Assembly (NCBI GenBank): GCA_002455375.1
Contig: DKKR01000071.1
Location: 15,632 to 79,631, forward strand
Length of the DNA: 64,000 bases
Origin: Bacteroidetes bacterium UBA6661
GTDB lineage: Bacteria; Bacteroidota; Bacteroidia; AKYH767-A; OLB10
Reading direction: 5' to 3'
Below, in pieces: positions 37,780 through 47,787 of this stretch (the first letter of the stretch is position 1; each line of letters begins with the position of its first letter). A model generated the notes under the pieces. That model saw only the letters and a program-made list of their open reading frames with translations. It searched no databases and had not been told where the DNA came from. The position numbers and the translations under genes are program-made.

Positions 37780-39186
37780 TCAAACTTTTGCAGGGTGGCT
37801 AATTAACTCTTTAATATCTGAAATAATTTTTTCAGCAAGATTATTGGCAGTAGTGATGCTGTCACTTTCTGCATAAATGCGGATGATAGGTTCTGTATTT
37901 GATTTCCGTAGGTGAACCCACTCTTTATCAAATTCAATTTTTAATCCGTCAATAGTATTTATTTTATGTTTTTTATATTTCTCCTGAATAGATTCTAAAA
38001 CACCATCAACATTTATTTCAGGAGTAAGTTCAATCTTGTTTTTAGAAATAAAATAATCAGGATAAGACGAGCGAAGCATAGAAACAGTGTTTCCATATTT
38101 TGCAAGATGCGTCAGAAAAAGTGCGATACCTGCAAGAGCATCACGGCCATAATGAATGTCAGGATAAATGACTCCGCCATTTCCTTCACCACCAATAACT
38201 GCATTTTTAGCTTTCATCATTTCCACCACATTAACTTCGCCAACGGCAGATGCAAAGTGGCTTCCACCGGCTTTTTCAGTCACATCGCGCAGCGCACGTG
38301 TTGAAGAAAGATTACTTACCGTATTACCTTTTTTGTTTTTCAGAACATAGTCTGCTACTGCCACCAGGGTATATTCTTCGCCAAACATTTCACCATCCTC
38401 ACATACCAATGCAAGACGATCTACATCAGGGTCAACAGAAATTCCTAAATGTGCTTTTGATTTAATAACTGTTTTGCTGAGTTCTGTAAGATGCTCGGGC
38501 AATGGCTCAGGATTGTGTGGAAACTGTCCATCGGGAGTGCAGTATAGTTCTATTACTTCTTCAACACCAAGTGCTTTTAATAATGGTGGTAATGCAATGC
38601 CGCCTGATGAATTAACGCAATCAATAACAATTTTGAATTTTTTAGCTGCTATAGCTTTTGTGTCAACTAATGGTAATGCAAGAATGGCTTCAATGTGTTT
38701 GTCAATGGCATGTGCATCAGTAGTCACTGTTCCCAACTGATTTACATTGGCAAACTCAAACGATTCCTGTTCTGCAATTTTCAGAAGCGTTTCGCCATCA
38801 GCAGCAGAAATAAATTCGCCTTTGCTGTTTAACAACTTCAGTGCATTCCATTGTTTGGGATTATGACTTGCAGTTAGAATAATTCCGCCATGTGCCTGAT
38901 GAAATGTAACAGCCATTTCAACTGTTGGTGTGGTTGATAAACCCACATCAATCACATCAAGTCCCATAGCAGTGAGTGTGCCACAAACTAAGTTATGTAT
39001 CATGGGCCCGCTGATGCGTGCATCACGACCTAAAACAACTTTGCATTTTGTTTTTACCGGAAATTGTGCCGCAAGCCATGTGGCGTAAGCAGCAGAAAAT
39101 TTTACTACATCAAGAGGGGTAAGTGACTCTCCCGATTTACCGCCTATAGTTCCCCTGATGCCTGAAATAGATTTTATTAATGTCAC
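37780..39186 (-). CDS. glmM: phosphoglucosamine mutase
   Basis: GTG start giving MTLIKSISGIRGTIGG. Phosphoserine loop TASHNP, metal site DPDVDR, GEGNGG sugar-binding loop. Confidence 0.85.
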   Translation of the reverse strand: MTLIKSISGIRGTIGGKSGESLTPLDVVKFSAAYATWLAAQFPVKTKCKVVLGRDARISGPMIHNLVCGTLTAMGLDVIDVGLSTTPTVEMAVTFHQAHGGIILTASHNPKQWNALKLLNSKGEFISAADGETLLKIAEQESFEFANVNQLGTVTTDAHAIDKHIEAILALPLVDTKAIAAKKFKIVIDCVNSSGGIALPPLLKALGVEEVIELYCTPDGQFPHNPEPLPEHLTELSKTVIKSKAHLGISVDPDVDRLALVCEDGEMFGEEYTLVAVADYVLKNKKGNTVSNLSSTRALRDVTEKAGGSHFASAVGEVNVVEMMKAKNAVIGGEGNGGVIYPDIHYGRDALAGIALFLTHLAKYGNTVSMLRSSYPDYFISKNKIELTPEINVDGVLESIQEKYKKHKINTIDGLKIEFDKEWVHLRKSNTEPIIRIYAESDSITTANNLAEKIISDIKELISHPAKV

Positions 39187-39301
39187 AATCTTTGCTTTTT
39201 TTACTGTGCAAATATATCAAAAGAGCGGGTAATTTTATGAATTTAACTGATGGTTTTCCTGAATATCAGCAAATTATACTTTCTAGCAAGAATTACTATT
39301 T

Positions 39302-40261
39302 TCAAAATAACTGCCCAATCTTCTTAGCCAAAACTTCTGCAATTTTTCGATTCGATTCATGTGTCCACCCTGCAATATGTGGAGTTAGAATAGTTTTATC
39401 AGATTGTATCAGATATTCAAAGGGCTCAGGTAGTGTTTCTAATCTTTCAAATGATGAAGTTTCGTATTCATGTACATCAAGACAGGCACCTTTCACCTTG
39501 CCCGTTTTGAGATGCTTAACCAAATCGGCAGTGTTCAGGCATTTGCCTCGTGCAGTGTTGATGATGTAAATTTCTTTTTTGCACTGACTGATAAATTTGT
39601 CGTTAATCATGTATTTAGTTTCTGCAGTCAATGGCACATGCAGACTAATAATGTCTGATTGCTCTTGCAGTTGTTCAACAGAAACTTGTTTTATAAAAGG
39701 ATATTCAGCAGCGTCAATCGTTTTGTAAGGATCGCAAGCTAAAATGTTCACCTCAAATCCGGTTAGTTTTTTTGCAAAAGAACTACCCATATTGCCAAAG
39801 CCAATGATGCCGACAGTTTTGCCCTGTAATTCTGTACCACGGTTTTCTTCTCTCAGCCAGATGCCATTACGTACTTCTTTATCAGACTTCAGTAGTTTAT
39901 TCAGAAGAGCAAGTAACATCATTAATGCATGTTCTCCAACAGCATCACAGTTAGCTTCGGTTGCATTCAGACATTTAATATTTTTTGAAACAGCATAAGC
40001 AACATCAATATTTTCCATGCCTGCACCTCCACGGGCAATAAACTTTAAGTTAGTAGCATGTTGTAACAGGTCTTTGTTTAAGGGTATGCGACTTCTAATG
40101 GCAATACCCTCATAGTTGCCTATGGTTTGTTGTAGCTGTTCAAGGCTCCATTCATATCCTTCAGTACAATTAAATCCCAACGTAGTAAGCTTGGGAATAA
40201 AAGTTTCATGAAAGGTGTCTATTAATAAAATTTCTTTTGGCATTATTTTTAAAATTGACAT
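39302..40261 (-). CDS. NAD-dependent D-2-hydroxyacid dehydrogenase (phosphoglycerate dehydrogenase-like, short form without ACT domain)
   Basis: Rossmann motif GIIGFGNMGSSFAKKL. NTARG and a catalytic His in the TPHIAGWT context. The true start may be Met7 (MPKEILLID, ATG 40243). Confidence 0.8.
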   Translation of the reverse strand: MSILKIMPKEILLIDTFHETFIPKLTTLGFNCTEGYEWSLEQLQQTIGNYEGIAIRSRIPLNKDLLQHATNLKFIARGGAGMENIDVAYAVSKNIKCLNATEANCDAVGEHALMMLLALLNKLLKSDKEVRNGIWLREENRGTELQGKTVGIIGFGNMGSSFAKKLTGFEVNILACDPYKTIDAAEYPFIKQVSVEQLQEQSDIISLHVPLTAETKYMINDKFISQCKKEIYIINTARGKCLNTADLVKHLKTGKVKGACLDVHEYETSSFERLETLPEPFEYLIQSDKTILTPHIAGWTHESNRKIAEVLAKKIGQLF

Positions 40262-40270
40262 GAAATAAAA

Positions 40271-40293
40271 ATCATCCGAATGTGCAGGATGAT
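40271..40293 (-). promoter_or_regulatory. hairpin plus T-run directly 5' of the dehydrogenase start (possible attenuator)
   Basis: The minus strand reads ATCATCC-tgcacattc-GGATGAT followed by TTTTATTTC and then ATG. There is no room for a promoter between the hairpin and the start, so it must lie in the mRNA leader. The stem is short and only weakly stable. Confidence 0.3.
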
Positions 40294-40724
40294 GTTGTCT
40301 GATAAGTTATTTTTATTCTTAGGATTACAAGTTTAAAGGTACTTGTCATTGTTTCCAACTGCCAATTTGCTGTTTCTTGATTCGTAACCTCCTTTACCAT
40401 TCAGAATAAAAGTTGATAGCACAAAGGTAATTTCTAAACATTTTGTATCCAAATAGCTGAAATAACAGCAAATATTCACTTAGGAAGAAAGAAAATGGTT
40501 GACAATGCTGAAAAGGTTTTTTAAATTGCCGCAAAAAGAAGATCGTCCATTATCAGTTAACCAATAAAAACAGAGAACCAGGTTTGCTGATAGATATCTT
40601 GATTATTTAAAATGAAATATTTTTTGTTTGAATGATGTAAGGTTTACGGAAAAATCTTCTGGTTATGGGTAACTATTATACAAGTGTATAGGTATAACCA
40701 TCACCAACAAAAGAATAAATCGTT

Positions 40725-40922
40725 ATGCACGTATTAGACATATTACTTTTAGGAGGAGCTGTAGTCTGTTTTGTTCTGGCATATATTATTGCTTCGCGTC
40801 CGGCACGAGAGTTGCGCCAAAGCAGTAAATCTAAGTCAAAATGGAATCATGTCAATATGGATTCGGCTTCGTCAGTTCATTCCCCCGAAATGATGAAATA
40901 TGTCCATGACAAAACAGGTTAA
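40725..40922 (+). CDS. hypothetical small membrane protein (65 aa)
   Basis: ATG start, one TM helix (ILLLGGAVVCFVLAYIIA) and a basic Ser/Lys-rich tail. It overlaps the recG stop by 4 nt in convergent orientation. No other support. Confidence 0.3.
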   Translation: MHVLDILLLGGAVVCFVLAYIIASRPARELRQSSKSKSKWNHVNMDSASSVHSPEMMKYVHDKTG

Positions 40923-43021
40923 CTCACCTTACTCCAGTTAGGTTGCTCTCGCAACTGATGCAGATGACGATAAAATATTTTATTTTCTTCTGAATTCAGT
41001 TGTGGGTCTTCGTTCAGTATGTTGATGACTGCATTTCTTGCATGTTCTAAGATAGCACCATCTTTGGCTAACTCAGCAATTTTCAGATTCAGTAATCCGC
41101 TTTGCTGTGTTCCTGTAATATCTCCGGGGCCACGTAACTTTAAATCGGTTTCTGCAATTTGAAATCCATCATTGGTCTGTACCATTGTTTTCAACCTTTC
41201 ACGGGCATCGGCAGATAATTTATTCCCCGACATTAATATACAAAAAGACTGTTCTGCACCGCGACCTACTCGACCACGCAACTGATGCAATTGCGATAAT
41301 CCAAAACGTTCTGCATTTTCAATAATCATAACTGTAGCATTAGGCACATTAACACCCACTTCAATTACCGTTGTAGCAATCATGATATGTGTTTTGCCGT
41401 TTACAAATCGCTCCATCTCCTGTTCCTTATCTTTTGCCTTCATCTTTCCATGCACCATGCTCACAAAATATTCCGGCAGCGGAAAATCTCTTTGAATACT
41501 GTCATAACCGGCCATCAGGTTTTGCAGATCTAATTTTTCTGATTCATCAATTAGCGGAAATACAATATAGATTTGTCGTCCAAGTTTAATCTGCTCTTTC
41601 ATAAATCCAATAACACGAAGTCGTGATGATTCAAAAAGATGCATGGTTTTTATTGGCTTTCTTCCGGCAGGGAGTTCATCAATTACCGAAACGTCAAGGT
41701 CGCCATAAAGTGTCATTGCTAAAGTGCGTGGAATGGGTGTAGCTGTCATCACCAGCACATGAGGTGGTTGTTGCCGCATCCAGAGTTTGGCACGTTGCTC
41801 CACACCAAAACGATGTTGTTCATCAATAATGACTATACCAAGGTCATTGAATTTTACTCTGTCTTCAATCAGTGCATGTGTACCTATGAGAATATGCGTT
41901 TCATTGGAAGAAATTCTTTCTATAATGGCTTTCTTTTTCGATTCAGGAAAAGAACCTGTCAACAGTTCAACATTAACAGGTAAATTGCTGAGTAATGATG
42001 TTATTGTTTGAAAATGCTGAGCAGCTAAAATTTCTGTTGGTGCCATAAGGCAGGCCTGCTGTTTGTTGTCTAATGCCAATAGCATTGAAAAAAGTGCAAT
42101 GACAGTCTTGCCACTGCCAACATCACCTTGCAACAGGCGGTTCATTTGTTTTCCGCTGATAGTATCTTTTCTGATTTCTTTCAACACTCTTTTTTGTGCC
42201 TGAGTCAATTCAAAAGGAAGATGGTCATTGAAGAATGTGTTGAAGAGGTAACCTACTTCGGTAAACATACGCCCGCTTTGTGTGGAAGAGCGTTTTTGTT
42301 TATTGAGTAATAATTTAAGTTGAATATAAAACAACTCTTCAAATTTTAAGCGGAAGCGGGCTTGACGAAGTAAGTCCTCATTTTCCGGAAAGTGAATCTG
42401 AATCAATGCATCGCGCAAAGGCATCAGGTTAAAAGTCTTTATCAGCTGTGACGATAAAGTTTCTTCAATTGTGGGAGGAAGGTCTTTAAGTGCCATGCGC
42501 ATGATTCGCATGATGCCCTTACTGTCTAGACCTTTTACTTTCGATTTTTCTGTTGAATAATAAAACGGCTGAAAACCTTTGAATGGTTGTGCTGTAAATT
42601 TTTCAAGTTCTTCTATTTCCGGATGAATAATACTCCACTTACCGTTAAATAAAGCAGGCTTGCCAAAAACAACATAACTTGTCCCGGCTTTTATGGAGTC
42701 GCGAATCCATGTTATTCCCTGAAACCAAACTAAATCCATGCTGCCACTTGCATCTTTAAAAACTGCTTGCAGACGTGTAGTTCGCTTATTGCCGAAAGCA
42801 GTCAATGAAGTAATCACACCTTTAATCTGCACATAAGGCAGGTCGTCATTCAGTTGTGCAATGGTGTAAAATTTTGAACGGTCAACATAACGGAAAGGAA
42901 AGTGATGCAACAGGTCAGAAACGTTATGAACCTCCAACTCCTTGCGAAGTACTGCTGCACGTTGCGGACCAACGGTTTTAACAAATTCTATATCTTTTTG
43001 AAAGTATGATTGCACAGGCAC
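40919..43021 (-). CDS. recG: ATP-dependent DNA helicase RecG
   Basis: GTG start. N-terminal wedge/OB region, Walker A GDVGSGKT, DEQHRFG box, QLHQLRGRVGRG motif VI. 700 aa. Confidence 0.9.
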   Translation of the reverse strand: MPVQSYFQKDIEFVKTVGPQRAAVLRKELEVHNVSDLLHHFPFRYVDRSKFYTIAQLNDDLPYVQIKGVITSLTAFGNKRTTRLQAVFKDASGSMDLVWFQGITWIRDSIKAGTSYVVFGKPALFNGKWSIIHPEIEELEKFTAQPFKGFQPFYYSTEKSKVKGLDSKGIMRIMRMALKDLPPTIEETLSSQLIKTFNLMPLRDALIQIHFPENEDLLRQARFRLKFEELFYIQLKLLLNKQKRSSTQSGRMFTEVGYLFNTFFNDHLPFELTQAQKRVLKEIRKDTISGKQMNRLLQGDVGSGKTVIALFSMLLALDNKQQACLMAPTEILAAQHFQTITSLLSNLPVNVELLTGSFPESKKKAIIERISSNETHILIGTHALIEDRVKFNDLGIVIIDEQHRFGVEQRAKLWMRQQPPHVLVMTATPIPRTLAMTLYGDLDVSVIDELPAGRKPIKTMHLFESSRLRVIGFMKEQIKLGRQIYIVFPLIDESEKLDLQNLMAGYDSIQRDFPLPEYFVSMVHGKMKAKDKEQEMERFVNGKTHIMIATTVIEVGVNVPNATVMIIENAERFGLSQLHQLRGRVGRGAEQSFCILMSGNKLSADARERLKTMVQTNDGFQIAETDLKLRGPGDITGTQQSGLLNLKIAELAKDGAILEHARNAVINILNEDPQLNSEENKIFYRHLHQLREQPNWSKVS

Positions 43022-43121
43022 AAAGATAATTCAGAATATAGGACAAAAAGATTAGAGTTGCTGCCAATATAAATACAAAGAAAATATAAATATTAAACCC
43101 TTGTTTACTCTGCACTTCTCG

Positions 43122-43158
43122 CTCAGTAATTTCATTGCAGCGAAATGAAATTACTGAG
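43122..43158. terminator. perfect 15-bp inverted repeat hairpin between the T9SS cargo gene and recG
   Basis: CTCAGTAATTTCATT-gcagcga-AATGAAATTACTGAG. The T-rich run (TTGTGTATTTGTTTTT) follows it on the + strand only, although both neighbouring genes are on the - strand. Confidence 0.4.
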
Positions 43159-43269
43159 TTGTGTATTTGTTTTTACAAAAGAGTAAAAATAAATTCGGGG
43201 TTTCTAATCAATGTTAAATACTATAGATATTGTGATTTTAAAAAAGTAGTACGTCATTATAATTACCTT

Positions 43270-45579
43270 TTATTTCACCACTATTTTCCCTCTGTATGCT
43301 TTTCCTGAACTATTAGGTGTAAGTTCGTAAATGTATAATCCCGCATTAAACTTGTCTAACGAAATCAATACTTCGCCATTGGCTGTTTTACTGTGGTGAA
43401 CTATTTTCCCTGCCATTGAATAAACGGACAGATTATATACACTGCCACTTATATTATCAAATTTCAACAACACTTTTTCAGAGGCAGGATTTGGCATAAC
43501 TATTACATCTGATTTTTCGGGGGCAAGTTCATTCAGTCCTACAGGTATGACATACACCATAGTGTTTAGTGTAGTGTTGGTTATTACAGGTTCGTTTAGG
43601 TCAAAATAAATATCAGCTGTATTATTAATCATTGTTCCGGCAATAAGTCCGCTGTCTGCCTCAATAGAATATATCACATAACCATGACTTGCAGGCTCGT
43701 TTGTATTACTGTCAGGAAGTAAAATATTATTAAAAGTAAATAGCAATGCGCCTGTTTTCATATTTAAAGTGGGAGTCACCGTATGACTGTAATCTTCAAC
43801 CCGGAAAGTTTGCCAATTTAATTCGGGGTCTAAAAGGTCTCTGATTTGAACCGTAAAAGCAGTGTCGTTTCCTGTATTCTGAAAACGAACTGTGTAGTAC
43901 AACCGTTCGTTCATTAATGTATAGTTTTGACTTTGTACACCCGGTGGGGTCACTGCTTTATCGTTAGGGTCAAATGAACAAAGAACCATTTGTGTATTTG
44001 TGCGCGAATGATTGAGTACAACATTACTACCATCGGTAAGTCTGATAATTCCTGTAACGCTAATGATGCTTCCTGCACCCGGAATATTGAGCACAACATT
44101 TTTACTAAACGTAGAAAATAGATTCAGATTGGTAATGTTCCAAAACAAAGTATCACCCACTGTAAAATCAGGAGTGGCACTGGCAACAGTGATGTTACCT
44201 GAACAAACTATACCTAGCACTCCATTTACAGCCGTATTACTTTGGTTACGGAAAGTTACGTAATAAGGTTGTTGTGTATTGCATCTTGGAAGACCGGAAA
44301 TGATAAGAGAACCTTCATAGAAAGGTGTTCCTGTCTGAAATCCGAAATCTTTATTACTTGCTATGGAATTATTTACACTAAAATTATAAGTAGCAGGTGT
44401 TGATGTTAGCGTATATGCAACCGTAGGTACATAAGTTAATGTTTTACTTCCGTTGCTGGATCCTATTTTATAGTCGCCATTGGCATCTGAGATGCCTGTA
44501 ATACTATCGGGCATCAATGTTACATACTGATTTGGAATCGGAAAATCTCCCGCATCAAAAACGCCATTGCTATTTGTGTCAAAATAAATTTTTCCGTTTA
44601 CAATAGACTGTGCAGGACTTATGGCATTAGAAAAAGGTAAAATATGTCTGCCACCAAAAGGGCTTATGGTTTGAATGGATAAATCATATAGACCCGGTAA
44701 AGCATTGGTAGGAATATTAAGGGTGATTTCAGCAGTTACCTCGTCCAATATCTGTACTTGGGTAGTCAGATTAGCGCTATAATGATTGCCTGTTCCGTGT
44801 TTTACTATGGATGCCGATTGAATATTTCCATACGTATTTGCACTCGTTTGAAACAGTGAGTCGGAAACGATAGTAAGTGTTACAGTTTGCCCTTGAACCA
44901 ATACAGTAGGGGAAACAGAAATCAAGCCACGCTTTACTCCGAAATCATTTCCTGAAGAATTGTTATTATTGATAGTTACACTGTGATTAGGTGAGGAAGT
45001 TGAAAACAAAAATATGATGTTAGGATTGTTTACCCATGAGACAGTGTAGCTACCATTGGTAACAGCAATTGTATAGTTACCATTAGCATCTGTAGTATAT
45101 ACATGGTTTTGGGGCATGATTTTAACTGATGATCCCGCTATTCCTGATTCTGTTGCATCTTTTACACCGTTATTATTCAGGTCTTCATAAACCTGTCCGG
45201 TTATGTAACCATCAGGCGAGCCTACTCTAACAGCAGAAGGTAATATGATGTCGTATGAAAGTCCTTGAAAAGGATCAAAATTCAAAACATATAAGTCATA
45301 GAACCCTATTGGAATGCCTGTTGAAGGAATTTGAAAGTTGCCTGTAAAATGTTCATCATCTATTACACTTATGTTATTCATAGGAATTGTCACACCTCCT
45401 AAGTATAAATGCCCTATTGTAGAAGAATTTTGAAATAAGGTGTTTGCACCTGTAATGGTTGCACTGAGTGTTTGACCCAAGGCTACAGTGTCGGGAGTAA
45501 TAGAAACTAATACCGGTTGTTGTGCTTGGCTTAACGTGAAAGTGCTAATCAGGAGTAGCAAAATGTAAAATCTTTTCAT
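43270..45579 (-). CDS. secreted repeat protein (SdrD B-like / CNA-B-type modules) with T9SS C-terminal sorting domain
   Basis: I prefer the start at MKRFYILLLLISTFTLSQAQ (ATG 45579). Two modules of the type YEDLNNNGVKDATESGIAG...TDANGNYT and YFDTNSNGVFDAGDFPIPN...SDANGDYK. CSFDPNDK motif. CTD is VMPNPASEKVLL...AGLYIYELTPNSSGKAYRGKIVVK. Confidence 0.8.
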   Translation of the reverse strand: MKRFYILLLLISTFTLSQAQQPVLVSITPDTVALGQTLSATITGANTLFQNSSTIGHLYLGGVTIPMNNISVIDDEHFTGNFQIPSTGIPIGFYDLYVLNFDPFQGLSYDIILPSAVRVGSPDGYITGQVYEDLNNNGVKDATESGIAGSSVKIMPQNHVYTTDANGNYTIAVTNGSYTVSWVNNPNIIFLFSTSSPNHSVTINNNNSSGNDFGVKRGLISVSPTVLVQGQTVTLTIVSDSLFQTSANTYGNIQSASIVKHGTGNHYSANLTTQVQILDEVTAEITLNIPTNALPGLYDLSIQTISPFGGRHILPFSNAISPAQSIVNGKIYFDTNSNGVFDAGDFPIPNQYVTLMPDSITGISDANGDYKIGSSNGSKTLTYVPTVAYTLTSTPATYNFSVNNSIASNKDFGFQTGTPFYEGSLIISGLPRCNTQQPYYVTFRNQSNTAVNGVLGIVCSGNITVASATPDFTVGDTLFWNITNLNLFSTFSKNVVLNIPGAGSIISVTGIIRLTDGSNVVLNHSRTNTQMVLCSFDPNDKAVTPPGVQSQNYTLMNERLYYTVRFQNTGNDTAFTVQIRDLLDPELNWQTFRVEDYSHTVTPTLNMKTGALLFTFNNILLPDSNTNEPASHGYVIYSIEADSGLIAGTMINNTADIYFDLNEPVITNTTLNTMVYVIPVGLNELAPEKSDVIVMPNPASEKVLLKFDNISGSVYNLSVYSMAGKIVHHSKTANGEVLISLDKFNAGLYIYELTPNSSGKAYRGKIVVK

Positions 45580-45757
45580 AGATTTAAATTTAATATTGTA
45601 GAAAAACAAAATTATAGTATAAATTTATGAAAAAGAATAGGTGTATCTAATCTTTCTGAAGTCATTACACATCAGCATTTAGAAAATCTGTTTTATGATA
45701 TTCGCATTTTGCAAAGGTTAATGAAGGGTAAACATACCTTTAGGTTATAAATGCCTT

Positions 45758-45793
45758 AAAATTAAAATCCCCGATTGAGTGAACAACCGGGGA
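45758..45793 (-). terminator. intrinsic terminator downstream of the cold-shock gene
   Basis: The minus strand reads TCCCCG-gttgttcactcaat-CGGGGA followed by TTTTAATTTT. It begins about 35 nt after the csp stop. Confidence 0.6.
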
Positions 45794-45828
45794 ATAACAT
45801 TAAAAATTACAAATAATCTATAGGATTA

Positions 45829-46023
45829 TTACTGTTGCTTTTTAACATTTACGGCATTTAAGCCTTTTTTGCCTTGAACTACTTCATAGGTAACAAGGTC
45901 ATTGTCCGCGATGCGGTCAATTAATCCTGTCTGATGAACAAATAGGTCACGACCACCTTCATCTTCAACGATAAATCCAAATCCTTTGGAGTTGTTGTAG
46001 AATTTTACTTTTCCGGTTTTCAT
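45829..46023 (-). CDS. cspA: cold-shock protein (CspA family)
   Basis: 64 aa. RNP1/RNP2 motifs KGFGFI and DLFVHQT. Confidence 0.9.
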   Translation of the reverse strand: MKTGKVKFYNNSKGFGFIVEDEGGRDLFVHQTGLIDRIADNDLVTYEVVQGKKGLNAVNVKKQQ

Positions 46024-46122
46024 TAAATAAAGAATTAAATTTGTGAATTAATGCTGCAAATGTAAACTAAATTAGTTACCATCTCATAAAAATCAAAATT
46101 ATTTATTTTTCGAATCAAACCT

Positions 46123-47742
46123 ATGGCTTCATATAGCGGAAATATCATAGATATCTTTAACCGAAGGATTTTCCCCGGAACGGTTCATTTTAGCAATGGA
46201 ATAATTACAGAAATAACAGAGGATAATGCTGTTTATGACCAATATTTGCTGCCCGGTTTTACTGATGCTCATATCCATATCGAAAGCAGCATGCTTGTGC
46301 CTTATGAATTTGCTAAGGTAGCCCTGATTCACGGAACCGTTGCCACCGTTAGTGACCCGCATGAAATTGCCAATGTTTGTGGTATGAAGGGGGTGGAGTA
46401 TATGATTGAGAATGCAAAGGATGCTAAATTGAAATTTAATTTTGGAGCACCATCCTGTGTGCCTGCTACTTCTTTTGAAACGGCAGGTGCAACGCTAAAT
46501 GCTGATGATGTGGCACAACTTCTTGCCAGACCCGATATTCACTATCTGAGTGAAATGATGAACTATCCCGGTGTGCTTTTTGGCGATCAAGAGGTGATGA
46601 AAAAGATTAAATCGGCTCACAGGATGAACAAAGTGGTTGATGGTCATGCACCCGGGTTGAGAGGCGATGATGCACGCACCTATATTGCTGCCGGTATCAG
46701 CACAGACCACGAGTGTTTTACTCTGGATGAAGCGTTGGATAAGGTAAATGCCGGAATGAAAATATTGATACGCGAAGGCTCTGCTGCACGAAATTTTGAA
46801 GCCCTGCATAGCCTAATCACTTCGCATACGGCAATGACCATGCTGTGCAGCGATGACAAGCATCCTGATGAATTACTTCATGGACACCTGAATCAATTGG
46901 TGGTTCGCGCCCTAAAAAATGGACACAATCTTTTTGATGTGTTGCAGTGTGCCTGTGTTAATCCTGTGTTGCATTATGGTTTATCTGTGGGATTACTTCG
47001 TGAAGGTGATTCAGCAGATTTTATTGTCATCAACAACCCGGAAGAGTTTTTGGTCTCACAGACATGGATTGATGGAGAATGTGTTGCTAAAGATGGACGA
47101 ACAACATTGACAAACCGTAGTCATAATTCAATAAATAATTTTCATGCATGGAATGTTACGGTCCAGGACATTGAAGTGAAAAAAACTTCGGAAACGGTTA
47201 AAGTTATTGAAGCATTGGATGGGCAGTTAATTACTAATTGCATTCAGGCTAAGCCATTGGCAAGAGACGGACAGTGGGTTAGCAATCCGGAGGGCGATAT
47301 TCTTAAAATTGCAGTCATTAACCGCTATAGTAAACAAAAACCTGTGGTGGGATTTATTAAAAATTTCGGTTTAAAGAATGGAGCTATTGCCTCTACTGTA
47401 GCACATGACTCACATAATATTATTGTCACCGGTGTTGGTGATGCCGATATTGTTGAAGCTATAAATTTACTTATGCAATCGGGTGGAGGATTGAGTGCAG
47501 TATCGGGAACAGATAAAAAAGTTATTGCCTTGCCTGTTGCCGGATTGATGAGTGATAAAAGCTGTGAAGAAATAGGTCGTGATTATGCAGCTATAGATAG
47601 TATGGCTAAACAAATAGGTTCAACACTTAGAGCACCTTTTATGACCCTATCTTTTATGGCATTATTAGTTATTCCTCATTTCAAAATTGGCGACAAAGGA
47701 TTGTTCGATGCTGCAAAGTTTGAATTAACTACGCTTGAGTAA
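46123..47742 (+). CDS. ade: adenine deaminase
   Basis: 539 aa. Amidohydrolase metal site LPGFTDAHIHIESS, then SDPHEIANV, and a C-terminal adenine-deaminase-type domain (STVAHDSHNIIVTG). Confidence 0.85.
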   Translation: MASYSGNIIDIFNRRIFPGTVHFSNGIITEITEDNAVYDQYLLPGFTDAHIHIESSMLVPYEFAKVALIHGTVATVSDPHEIANVCGMKGVEYMIENAKDAKLKFNFGAPSCVPATSFETAGATLNADDVAQLLARPDIHYLSEMMNYPGVLFGDQEVMKKIKSAHRMNKVVDGHAPGLRGDDARTYIAAGISTDHECFTLDEALDKVNAGMKILIREGSAARNFEALHSLITSHTAMTMLCSDDKHPDELLHGHLNQLVVRALKNGHNLFDVLQCACVNPVLHYGLSVGLLREGDSADFIVINNPEEFLVSQTWIDGECVAKDGRTTLTNRSHNSINNFHAWNVTVQDIEVKKTSETVKVIEALDGQLITNCIQAKPLARDGQWVSNPEGDILKIAVINRYSKQKPVVGFIKNFGLKNGAIASTVAHDSHNIIVTGVGDADIVEAINLLMQSGGGLSAVSGTDKKVIALPVAGLMSDKSCEEIGRDYAAIDSMAKQIGSTLRAPFMTLSFMALLVIPHFKIGDKGLFDAAKFELTTLE

Positions 47743-47787
47743 ATTTCTAAGATATACGTTGAATTGTTACTTTTACAAAAAAACACA

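Noticed and set aside
39180-39569. 129-aa + strand ORF spanning the glmM/dehydrogenase junction
   Set aside because: It is mostly antisense to the dehydrogenase 3' end, has no motifs, and crosses the likely glmM promoter region (a TATATTTG box on the minus strand at 39209-39216).
46024-46122. Possible purine riboswitch upstream of adenine deaminase
   Set aside because: Only 99 nt are shared with the divergent csp promoter. There is no three-way-junction-like complementary segment and no conserved purine-riboswitch core sequence.
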